From contig JBFMHR010000003.1 of the NCBI GenBank assembly GCA_040751795.1, positions 264,421 to 328,420 of the forward strand: DNA of 64,000 bases, read 5' to 3'. The notes under the pieces are model-generated. The model was not told the DNA's origin. It ran no database searches and saw only the letters and a list, made by a program, of their open reading frames with translations. The position numbers and the translations under genes were made by a program. Below are positions 56,225 through 64,000 of this stretch, one piece after another. This DNA is from Thermoplasmatota archaeon. GTDB lineage: Archaea > Thermoplasmatota > Thermoplasmata > UBA10834. Numbering within the stretch: position 1 is the stretch's first letter; every line of letters starts with the position of its first letter.

Positions 56225-58981
56225 ATGCCACGCCCAGCGGTGTCGCAGAACGAGCGCCTGCTCCTGCACCTGCTCGAGATGGACGCCCACAGGGACGAGC
56301 CGGAGGTGCCCATGGGCGCCAGCCAGGAGGGCATAGCGAACCGCCTGGGTACGCAGGTCCACAATGCCTCGCGCGCCCTCTCCGGGCTGGAGTCGGAGGG
56401 CCTGGTAATGGACCGGCTGGCCCACGTCCGGGGCGCCCCCAAGAGGCGCAGGGCCTACTTCCTGACCGACAAGGGCCACCGCGCTGCGGGGAAGGTCAGG
56501 GACGGCCTCCTCCGGTCGAAGGTGGTGTTCGAGGAGCGAGGGCGCGCCGAGGAGATGCCCCTGGGGGAGGCGCTGAAGCGCATCAAGGCGTCGGCCGGCT
56601 CCGTCGGGGGCTTCCTCGACCTCGTCGACATGGCGCGGGGCGCCGAGGTGCTCAGGTCGGAGGACGTCTCGCGCAGGCTCTCCCCGTCGGCGCGCCCAGA
56701 GAGGTTCGCGGAGGCGGCCTCCGGCAGGCCCAAGGTGTCCGCGTTCTTCGGCCGGGAGGCGGAGAAGAGGGCGGTCCTCGGCCACATAGCGGGCGACTCG
56801 TCGGTGATGCTGATCTGGGGCATACCCGGCATCGGCAAGACATCGCTCTCCTCCAGGGTCTTCGACGAGCTCTCCGGCCACCATCACCTCTTCTGGTACT
56901 CGTTCCATCCATGGGACACGGAGGAGCACTTCATGTCGGTCCTCTCGAGGTTCCTCGAGTCGGCCAACCGCACGTCGACGGCGGAGGCGGTCAGGCGCGG
57001 CGCCGCCTCGGGGGACCTGTTCGCCCCGGTCGCCAGCGACCTGGCGGCGCTCGACGCCGTCATCTTCCTCGACGACGTCCAGAAGGCCTCGCAGAGGCTC
57101 GCGATGACCGTCGCGCTGCTGCTGGAGGCCGTGAGGTCTTCGGGCAGGTGCAAGGCGGTGCTCATGTCAAGGGAGCTCCCCCCGTTCTTCTCCAGGACGG
57201 GGGAGGGGAGCCTCACCCTGGAGCTCTCCGGGCTCGACCATGCGTCCGCGAAGAAGTTCGCGGAGAGCGCCAGGGCGAAGGACCCAGTCCTCGCCGCCGA
57301 CGCGAGCCGCGGCCACCCGCTCCTGCTGAGCCTCATGTCGCGGAGCGGCGTCGGCGAGTCCCGCGGGGACGTCCTGTCCTTCATGGACCGCGAGGTCAGC
57401 AGGTCTCTCCCCCCTGAGGAGCGGGGGATGCTGGAGCTCCTCTCCATCTTCAGGCACCCGGTCCCCCCTGAGGCGATACTCGGCTCCGGCGACTCCGCCT
57501 TGGTGGGCCTGAGGGAGAAGGCCCTGGTGGTCGAGGAGGAGGGGGGCGTCTGGACGCACGACATCCTGAGGGAGTTCTTCGCCTCGCGGCTGAGCCCCGA
57601 GTCGAGGGCCGCCCTGCACGGGAGGGCCGCGAGGTACTGCGAGGGCAGGGAGGGCTCGGACTGGTCGCTGGAGAGCCTGTACCACTACGTCCAGGCCGGC
57701 GACTTCGCCGCTGCCAGGCGCGTGTCCGTCAGGGACTTCGAGGGGATGTCCGAGGAGTTCCCGCAGGAGACGCTCGATTGCCTGCAGCAGGTCCACGCGC
57801 ACTCCGACCCCGGCCCAGAGACGGCGGACCTGCTCTTCCGCATGGCCGGCCTGAGCGAGTCCCTCGGAGACGACGCCTCCGCGACCAAGCACTACGGGTC
57901 GTGCCTGGCACTCCTCCCCGCCGAGGGCAGCTCCGAGAAGAGGGCCCTGGTGCTCGAGTCCCTCGGGAAGCTGAAGACCCGGGCGGAGGAGTGGGCGGAG
58001 TCCTTCGCAGCCCACGAGAAGGCGCTGAGGATCTACCAGGAGTCGGGCGACGCCGAGGGCCAGGTCAGGGAGTGGCTGAACATCGGCGGGGCCCACAGGA
58101 AGCACGGCGACCACGCGAAGGCGAGGGACGCCTACTCGGAGGCGCTCTCCATAGCCACGAAGAGGGAGGACAGGGCGGCCCAGGCCGCGTGCGTGAACAA
58201 CGTCGCGTTGCTGGACTGGGACGAGGGGATGCTGAAGGACGCAGAGGCCCGGCTCAAGGAGTCGGTGAGGCTCGCGCACGCGGTGCGCGACCATAGGGGC
58301 GAGGCCGTGGGGCTGGAGAACCTGGCGGAGCTCCTCAGGACCCAGGCGCGCCTGTCCGAGATGACCGCGCTGATGCGTGAGTCGTCCGAGGCCTTCCGAC
58401 GGGCGGGGGAGATCGAGGAGTACAAGAGGCTCCAGGCTGCCTGCGCGGAGTCCATGGACCTGCAGGGGAAGGGCGACGAGGCGATCGCCCTCTGCAGGGA
58501 CGCCCTCTCGGACCCGGAGCTGAGGAGGCGCGTCGGCCTCCTGAGGAGGCCGTCGCGGTACGACCGCGGCGACGTCGCCCTCTCCATGACGCTCATCGGC
58601 CTGCTCAGGTCCTCCGGGGACCTGAAGGGTGCGGAGGCCGAGATAGGCCGGCTCGTCCAGATGGCCGAGTCATCGGACGACCATGAGCTCCGTGCCAAGG
58701 CCAGGGTCGAGCTCTCCCTCGTGAGGGAGGGCTCCGGCGACCTCGACGGCGCCTCCCGCGAGCTCGCCGCCGCGGAGTCCATCCTCAGGTCCCTGGGCGA
58801 CAGGCGCGGCCTCGTCGCTGTGCACATCCTGCTGGGCAACATCGCCGAGAAGAGGGGGGACTACGACGCCGCCCGCGCACAGTACTCGGAGGCGGTCAGG
58901 CAGGCCGAGTCGCTCGGCGACGGGGCGGCGCTGGCGTCCGCGGCGGGGAACCTGGAGTCCCTGGACGCGCCTGCCAGGTGA
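56225..58981 (+). CDS. STAND-class NTPase regulator: N-terminal wHTH, P-loop ATPase, C-terminal TPR repeats
   Basis: wHTH (IANRLGTQVHNASRALSGLESEGLV). Walker A GIPGIGKTSL and Walker B VIFLDDVQ. About 400 aa of TPR-like helical repeats. Confidence 0.75.
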   Translation: MPRPAVSQNERLLLHLLEMDAHRDEPEVPMGASQEGIANRLGTQVHNASRALSGLESEGLVMDRLAHVRGAPKRRRAYFLTDKGHRAAGKVRDGLLRSKVVFEERGRAEEMPLGEALKRIKASAGSVGGFLDLVDMARGAEVLRSEDVSRRLSPSARPERFAEAASGRPKVSAFFGREAEKRAVLGHIAGDSSVMLIWGIPGIGKTSLSSRVFDELSGHHHLFWYSFHPWDTEEHFMSVLSRFLESANRTSTAEAVRRGAASGDLFAPVASDLAALDAVIFLDDVQKASQRLAMTVALLLEAVRSSGRCKAVLMSRELPPFFSRTGEGSLTLELSGLDHASAKKFAESARAKDPVLAADASRGHPLLLSLMSRSGVGESRGDVLSFMDREVSRSLPPEERGMLELLSIFRHPVPPEAILGSGDSALVGLREKALVVEEEGGVWTHDILREFFASRLSPESRAALHGRAARYCEGREGSDWSLESLYHYVQAGDFAAARRVSVRDFEGMSEEFPQETLDCLQQVHAHSDPGPETADLLFRMAGLSESLGDDASATKHYGSCLALLPAEGSSEKRALVLESLGKLKTRAEEWAESFAAHEKALRIYQESGDAEGQVREWLNIGGAHRKHGDHAKARDAYSEALSIATKREDRAAQAACVNNVALLDWDEGMLKDAEARLKESVRLAHAVRDHRGEAVGLENLAELLRTQARLSEMTALMRESSEAFRRAGEIEEYKRLQAACAESMDLQGKGDEAIALCRDALSDPELRRRVGLLRRPSRYDRGDVALSMTLIGLLRSSGDLKGAEAEIGRLVQMAESSDDHELRAKARVELSLVREGSGDLDGASRELAAAESILRSLGDRRGLVAVHILLGNIAEKRGDYDAARAQYSEAVRQAESLGDGAALASAAGNLESLDAPAR

Positions 58982-58998
58982 CCCCGGGCCGTCCCGCC

Positions 58999-59910
58999 TC
59001 ACCCGGTCCTCTGCAGGAACTCGGCGATGCCGAAACCTATCTTGCCGGCGATCGTGTACCTCGCCAGCGCCTCGTTCATCGTCGCGAGCGCCTTCCCCTC
59101 GGGGGACACGTGGTGCAGGTCCACCTTCCTGACCACGGACCCGAAGACCCTGTGGCTCCCGCCCTCGGAGTCGCGGAGGGTCATGTCGAACGACTTGATG
59201 TTCCTGCCGGAGTCCGCGTTGACGTTCAGGTCTGCGCCCGTCACCGGGACGTTCCTCCCGTCCGCGAAGACGAAACCGGCGTGGACGGTCCCTTCCTCGG
59301 TGACGAGCTTGGTCAGGTTGAACGCGTGCGACTCGGAGAACTGGCAGGTCAGCCATGTCCACCCCTTGGGCGCCCCCCAGTCCCTGGCGCCCCACGAGTG
59401 GTCCCTCTCCCCGAGGGCGCTGACCTCGAAGTCGTCGAGGCCGGTCGAGAGCCTCCCGGTGAGCCTTCCCACCTGCTCCATATGCTCCGAGGCGACCTCC
59501 CTGGACGCGCGCTCCCCGTGCGCGGACACGCACTCGCGGTAGTCGAAGACCTCGTTCAGCGCCTCGAACCGCAGGTCGAGCTCCACGTGGCTCTTCCTGG
59601 CCTTCCTCTCAGTGGTCCTCTCCATGCCGCCGCTGAACGACAGCCTCCAGCTCCTCTCCGGTTCGAGGAGCTCGAACCTGAGCCCCTTCGCCTGTATTGT
59701 CGGGCCGTCGAAGGGGACGGAGTCCTTGAGCCCCACCACGGAGCCGTCGGGCATCATGAAGTAGCAGAACACCTCCTTCAACCCGAGGTTGGGCTTGAGC
59801 CCGACCCTCATGAACCCGCACAGGTCCTTCGCGCGGTCGTAGAAGTTGAAGTAGAAGCTCTCGCTCCAGTGCCGGTGCTCCCCGAACGGGTGTACCACGT
59901 CCGCGTGCAT
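58999..59910 (-). CDS. Hypothetical protein (Trp-rich, possibly a CrtC/AttH-like beta-barrel fold)
   Basis: 303-aa ORF with consistent codon usage (HSWGARDWGAPKGWTW). 4-nt gap to the downstream PEP-utilizing enzyme gene. Confidence 0.45.
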   Translation of the reverse strand: MHADVVHPFGEHRHWSESFYFNFYDRAKDLCGFMRVGLKPNLGLKEVFCYFMMPDGSVVGLKDSVPFDGPTIQAKGLRFELLEPERSWRLSFSGGMERTTERKARKSHVELDLRFEALNEVFDYRECVSAHGERASREVASEHMEQVGRLTGRLSTGLDDFEVSALGERDHSWGARDWGAPKGWTWLTCQFSESHAFNLTKLVTEEGTVHAGFVFADGRNVPVTGADLNVNADSGRNIKSFDMTLRDSEGGSHRVFGSVVRKVDLHHVSPEGKALATMNEALARYTIAGKIGFGIAEFLQRTG

Positions 59911-59913
59911 GTC

Positions 59914-62538
59914 TCAGCCCTCCTGTATCAGTATCGTCCCCTCGTTCCCGTCCACCGTGACCCTCTGCCCGGTCCTCAGCATCCTAGTGGCCCCCATGAC
60001 CGCCGTCACCGCGGGGATCCCGTACTCCCTCGACACCACTGCCCCGTGGGAGAGGATCCCGCCCGTCTCCGTCACCAGGCCCCCGAGCTTGGAGAACACG
60101 GCGGTCCAGCCAGGATCGGTGTTCGACGTCACGAGGATCTCCCCCTCGAGCAGCTCCGAGACCTGCTCGATGGAGCTGACCACCCTGACCGTCCCTGTCA
60201 CCACCCCGGGGCTCGCGGACGTGCCCGTGATCCTCACCGCGCCCTCGCGGACCGCGACGGTGTCGTCGAACTCGTGGTCGCCGCGGAGGAACTTGGGGGG
60301 CAGCACGTCCTTGTAGGCCTCGAAGTCCCGCCTCCTCTGCGCCACGGGGGCGGCGACGGCCTCGGCGTCACCGCCGTGCGCGATCGCGAAGACCTCCTCC
60401 TTGCTGAGGAAGAACACGTCGGTGGGGTCCGGGAGGACGCCCCTCTCATGGAACCTGCGCCCGAACTCGAGGAAGAGGCGCCTCTGCCTCGCTATCTGGT
60501 GGTCCAGGTAGAAGCGCTGGTTCTCGCGGAACGTGAGGTAGGTCTGCGCGTAGCCCATGACGGTCTTCAGGGCCAGCCTCCTGGCGAATCCCCACCTCAT
60601 CCTCGACACCCTGCCCAGGATGTCCTTCTCCGCGGCCGTCCTCTCCGCCCTCTTCCTCCGTTCCAGCTCCTCGAGGTCCAGGTTGCTGGAGCCGGCGAGC
60701 GACTTGACCACGTCGACGACGAGGGAGGGGTCGTCCCTCCACCTCGGGAAGAATATCTCCCTCGTGTGGGACCGGTGTCCGTACTCGTCGATGAATCTCC
60801 CGAGCTCGCGGGCGAAGCCGCCCATCTCCCCGTCGGTTGCGAGCCGCGCCAGGAACTCCCGCGACGACAGGGTCCCGAGGGCCCTGAGCACCCTCTCGTC
60901 CCCCCTCGCCGACCTGGCGAGAGCGGCGAGGGCGATGTTGGTCTTGATCGTCTTGTTGTCCTCCAGCCCGGAGATGAGCTTGGCGTAGAGCGCCCCCGAC
61001 CTGTCGCCGAGCCAGTCCGCGAGCCACCTCTTCAGCATGAGGTTCGTCCCTATGCTGTGGGTGACCATCCCGTACCTGATCAGCCTGTAGTGCTTCAGGT
61101 AGGCCCTCTCCATGGCCCTGAACTCGTCGACCAGCTGCCCGTCCGAGAGCCCGCCGAGGTCGAGGGAGTCGAACCTCCCCATCTGGCGGAGGAATCCGGC
61201 GGCCCACTCCCGGTACGCCCTGTCGGTCCTGGGTATCATCCCGTCGGGGTCCAGGAGGGCGACCCTGACCTCCGCCCAAAGCCTCCTCACCGCCCTGGTC
61301 CTCGCGCCGGCTATCCTGGCCTGGTCCGCCTCGGGGAAGTAGTTGAGGAGCTCCTTGGTGCGCGAGAAGCGCGGGTTGTAGGTGAAGACCTCCTCGAGGA
61401 CGGCCGAGCTGAAGTAGACGTGCCCCTTGTGCACCCTGATCAGGTCGCCCTCGGTCAGGTCCCTGTAGCCCATGACCCTCGCGCCCTCGTGGTTGACGAT
61501 GTCGGTCAGGTACGAGCCGAGGAGGGAGAAGAACAGCGGGGACGTGACGTCGGCCCAGTACTCGTCTCCGTACGCCCTGGTCCAGAGCGCGCCCTCCCCA
61601 CTTCGGGAGGCAGTCACGGGCCTGGACTGGAGGACGAACACCCTGTCGCCCTCGATGGCCCACTCGATGTCCTGGGGCCCGCCGAAGTGCCCCTCGATCC
61701 TGGTGCCGATGTCCACCAGCAGCCTCAGCTCCGCGTCCGAGACGGAAGGGACAGTGCGGTCCTCCTCGCGGACCTCCGAGACGGCGCTCCCGCCGGGGCT
61801 GAGGAGGACCTGCTTCGCCTTGTCGTTGATGGCCCTGCTGACCACCTCCCCGGACCGCCTGTCGCACTCGAACCTGTCCGGGGTGACGAGCCCGGAGGCG
61901 ATCGCCTCGCCCAGGCCCCAGCTGGCCTCGATGAGCATCCTGTCGCTCCGGCCCCTCACCGGGTCGACGGTGAAGAGTATCCCGGAGGACCTCGCGTCGA
62001 CCATCCGCTGCACCACGACGGCGATCCCGTGCCGGAGGTGGTCCACGCGCGAGTCGTCCCTGTACGCGATGGCCCTCTCGTTCCAGTACGACGCCCAGCA
62101 GCGCTTGACCATGTGCGGGACGTCCGCCGTGGGCACGTTCAGGTAGGAGTCGAGCTGCCCCGCGAAGGAGGCGTCCTCGAGGTCCTCGGAGACCGCCGAC
62201 GACCTCACCGCCCATAGCGCGTCCGGGCCCGCGCGCGAGAGCTCCCCGAGGATGGCCCCGGAGAGCCCTTCGTCGGCTCCCGCGGAGGCGATCATCCCCT
62301 TGACCCTCCGGGACAGCTCCGACGGCCGCCCGGTCCCGGCGCCCCCGAGCAGCTCCGCGACGGCGTCGCGCAGGCCCGTGGACCGCATGAACGCGTCGTA
62401 CTCCCCGACAGGTATCACTATGCCGTCGGGGACTGGGAAGCCCGCGGACACGAGCCTGTGGAGGTTCGCGGCCTTCCCGCCGACGGTCAGAGTGTCGACC
62501 CCCCCGAGCTCGGAGAGGCGCATGCACCGGTCGGTCAT
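59914..62538 (-). CDS. PEP-utilizing enzyme family protein (PEP synthase / rifampicin-phosphotransferase-like architecture)
   Basis: N-terminal PPDK_N ATP-grasp nucleotide-binding domain. C-terminal phospho-His mobile domain (TGGILSHGAVVSREYGIPAV). No PEP-binding TIM barrel. 874 aa. Confidence 0.8.
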   Translation of the reverse strand: MTDRCMRLSELGGVDTLTVGGKAANLHRLVSAGFPVPDGIVIPVGEYDAFMRSTGLRDAVAELLGGAGTGRPSELSRRVKGMIASAGADEGLSGAILGELSRAGPDALWAVRSSAVSEDLEDASFAGQLDSYLNVPTADVPHMVKRCWASYWNERAIAYRDDSRVDHLRHGIAVVVQRMVDARSSGILFTVDPVRGRSDRMLIEASWGLGEAIASGLVTPDRFECDRRSGEVVSRAINDKAKQVLLSPGGSAVSEVREEDRTVPSVSDAELRLLVDIGTRIEGHFGGPQDIEWAIEGDRVFVLQSRPVTASRSGEGALWTRAYGDEYWADVTSPLFFSLLGSYLTDIVNHEGARVMGYRDLTEGDLIRVHKGHVYFSSAVLEEVFTYNPRFSRTKELLNYFPEADQARIAGARTRAVRRLWAEVRVALLDPDGMIPRTDRAYREWAAGFLRQMGRFDSLDLGGLSDGQLVDEFRAMERAYLKHYRLIRYGMVTHSIGTNLMLKRWLADWLGDRSGALYAKLISGLEDNKTIKTNIALAALARSARGDERVLRALGTLSSREFLARLATDGEMGGFARELGRFIDEYGHRSHTREIFFPRWRDDPSLVVDVVKSLAGSSNLDLEELERRKRAERTAAEKDILGRVSRMRWGFARRLALKTVMGYAQTYLTFRENQRFYLDHQIARQRRLFLEFGRRFHERGVLPDPTDVFFLSKEEVFAIAHGGDAEAVAAPVAQRRRDFEAYKDVLPPKFLRGDHEFDDTVAVREGAVRITGTSASPGVVTGTVRVVSSIEQVSELLEGEILVTSNTDPGWTAVFSKLGGLVTETGGILSHGAVVSREYGIPAVTAVMGATRMLRTGQRVTVDGNEGTILIQEG

Positions 62539-62644
62539 GGTATCGGCGTCGGCCGGCGCCAGTCCGCGACAACGTGGCCCCGGCCAGGCCAGTGCCGTGA
62601 ACCGGTTGCGGGGTGATAAACTGTTCCATCCGACGCGGGCCGGC

Positions 62645-63115
62645 CTACCTCCACCGGCGCACGCTGAGGCGGAGTATGTCCGTCCCCCTAAGCTCGGCGA
62701 CCAGCCTGTTGTCGCCGTCGACCACGGGCAGGTCGTTCAGGTGGTGGTCTACCATCAGCTGCGTGGCGTGCACCAGGAGCTCGTCGCGGGCGACCCTGAT
62801 CGGCTTAGCCATCACCTGGTTCACCCTCTCGTCGGCTATCTCCGCGAGCATCCTCAGGAACGAGGTCATCCCGGCGGGCCTCACGCCGAGCATGTACCCG
62901 GCGTGCCTGAGGAGGACCTCCTGCGTGACCGTCCCGGCGAGGCGGCCCTCCCCGTCCACCACGTACACCTTGTGGCTCGCGCTCTCCTCTATCATCGCCT
63001 CCACCGCCTCGCGGAGCGTCGCGTCCGTGCGCACGGTGACGGGCCCCGAGACCGCCTCGGCCCTCTCGAGGACCTCCGACACCCTGATCTCGCCGACAGG
63101 CTTGTCCTCCACCAT
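62645..63115 (-). CDS. CBS-domain pair protein
   Basis: Two CBS-like repeats. 156 aa. Confidence 0.7.
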   Translation of the reverse strand: MVEDKPVGEIRVSEVLERAEAVSGPVTVRTDATLREAVEAMIEESASHKVYVVDGEGRLAGTVTQEVLLRHAGYMLGVRPAGMTSFLRMLAEIADERVNQVMAKPIRVARDELLVHATQLMVDHHLNDLPVVDGDNRLVAELRGTDILRLSVRRWR

Positions 63116-63131
63116 CAGACCCCCTCCGGGC

Positions 63132-63986
63132 CTACTCCCTCTTGATCATGACCTCCATCTGCGGGTACGGGACCTCGATGTCGGCATCCGTCAGCTTGTT
63201 GTAGATCTCCTCGACCAGCCGGTCCCTCGCCTCCACGCGGGCCGAGTTGTCGTTGACCCAGCATATGACCTTGAAGGCCAGGGCGGAGTCGCCCATGCTG
63301 TCGAAGAGTATCAGGGGCTTGCGGCTCTCATCCGTGAGGAGCGAGTAGGGCGAGGCCTCGATGGCGCTCATGATCGCCTTCCGCACCTTCCTCGGGTCGG
63401 AGCCGTAGGCGACGTTCACGTCGACGTTGACCCTGGCCGGGTCCGAGACGTTGCTCACGCGGATGATCTTGTCGTTCACCAGCTTGTTGTTGGGGAGGGA
63501 GATCACCGTCGCGTCGGAGTACCTGTACAGCCTGCAGGTCCTGAGGCCTATCCTCCGGACCTCGCACCAGTCGCCGTCTGAGAGGATGATCATGTCCCCC
63601 TCGGCGAACGGCCGGTCGAGGAGGAGGAACACGCCGCTGAAGAAGTTGGAGAGCGTGTCCTGGGCGGCGAACGCGAGCACCATGGAGACGACTACGCCGC
63701 CCGCCACGAACATGGTGAGGTCCACGCTGAGCACATCGAGGACGTACCCGAGCGCGGCGAGCCCGATGACCACGACCCCGAGCTTCTCCACGACGGGGAC
63801 GAGCACGTCGTCGATGTTGCTGGTGGTCTTCTTGGCGATCATCTTGCCGTAGTACACGAGGATCTGCTTGAACAGCTTGTAGGCGAGGTAGAATATGACG
63901 AGGACCACGACCACGCTGTAGAGCGACAGGACGAGGTCCCTCATGTCCAGCGGGAAGTGCATGTGGAGCGCGTCGAGGGAGTTCAC
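63132..63986 (-). CDS. Mechanosensitive channel MscS family (N-terminus may lie beyond the window)
   Basis: Three TM helices followed by the MscS beta-domain. Conserved pore-lining helix region AQDTLSNFFSGVFLL. Confidence 0.75.
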   Translation of the reverse strand: MNSLDALHMHFPLDMRDLVLSLYSVVVVLVIFYLAYKLFKQILVYYGKMIAKKTTSNIDDVLVPVVEKLGVVVIGLAALGYVLDVLSVDLTMFVAGGVVVSMVLAFAAQDTLSNFFSGVFLLLDRPFAEGDMIILSDGDWCEVRRIGLRTCRLYRYSDATVISLPNNKLVNDKIIRVSNVSDPARVNVDVNVAYGSDPRKVRKAIMSAIEASPYSLLTDESRKPLILFDSMGDSALAFKVICWVNDNSARVEARDRLVEEIYNKLTDADIEVPYPQMEVMIKRE

Positions 63987-64000
63987 GACGCCGAACGCGA

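Overview
This window is a high-GC (about 62-65%) archaeal chromosomal segment. It is dominated by an unusually dense energy-metabolism supercluster on the minus strand, roughly 5.9-31.2 kb. That region encodes one F420-non-reducing [NiFe] hydrogenase (MvhA, MvhG) with its HycI-type maturation protease. It also encodes four HdrA-type flavoproteins and one HdrBC pair. Two of the HdrA genes are ~1010-aa fusions of an extra FAD-domain module to a complete HdrA, one is the same architecture split into two 4-nt-overlapping genes, and one is standard. There are four MvhD-domain genes: two standalone, one fused to a novel winged-helix-like domain that also occurs free-standing, and one fused to an HdrD-like (HdrC+HdrB) protein. 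A small internally duplicated Cys-rich protein is also present. The hydrogenase maturation genes hypB, hypF, hypC, hypA and hypD follow on the same strand; hypE, mobA and a multi-PAS histidine kinase lie nearby. The gene content suggests a hydrogenotrophic or methyl-reducing methanogen-like euryarchaeon, but the taxon cannot be determined from sequence alone. The rest of the window contains a flotillin operon and a short low-GC islet carrying an AbiEi/AbiEii-like nucleotidyltransferase toxin-antitoxin pair. That islet sits directly 3' of an intron-containing tRNA-Trp, whose 102-nt intron carries box C/D-like motifs. Next to it is a candidate tRNA-Arg(UCU) with two putative introns. Further on are a Fe/cobalamin-type ABC importer and CorA, then a cluster of secreted and surface glycoprotein genes beside a wHTH-STAND-NTPase-TPR regulator. 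A PEP-utilizing enzyme family protein, a CBS-domain protein and an MscS channel close the window. No rRNA, CRISPR array or transposase was seen.
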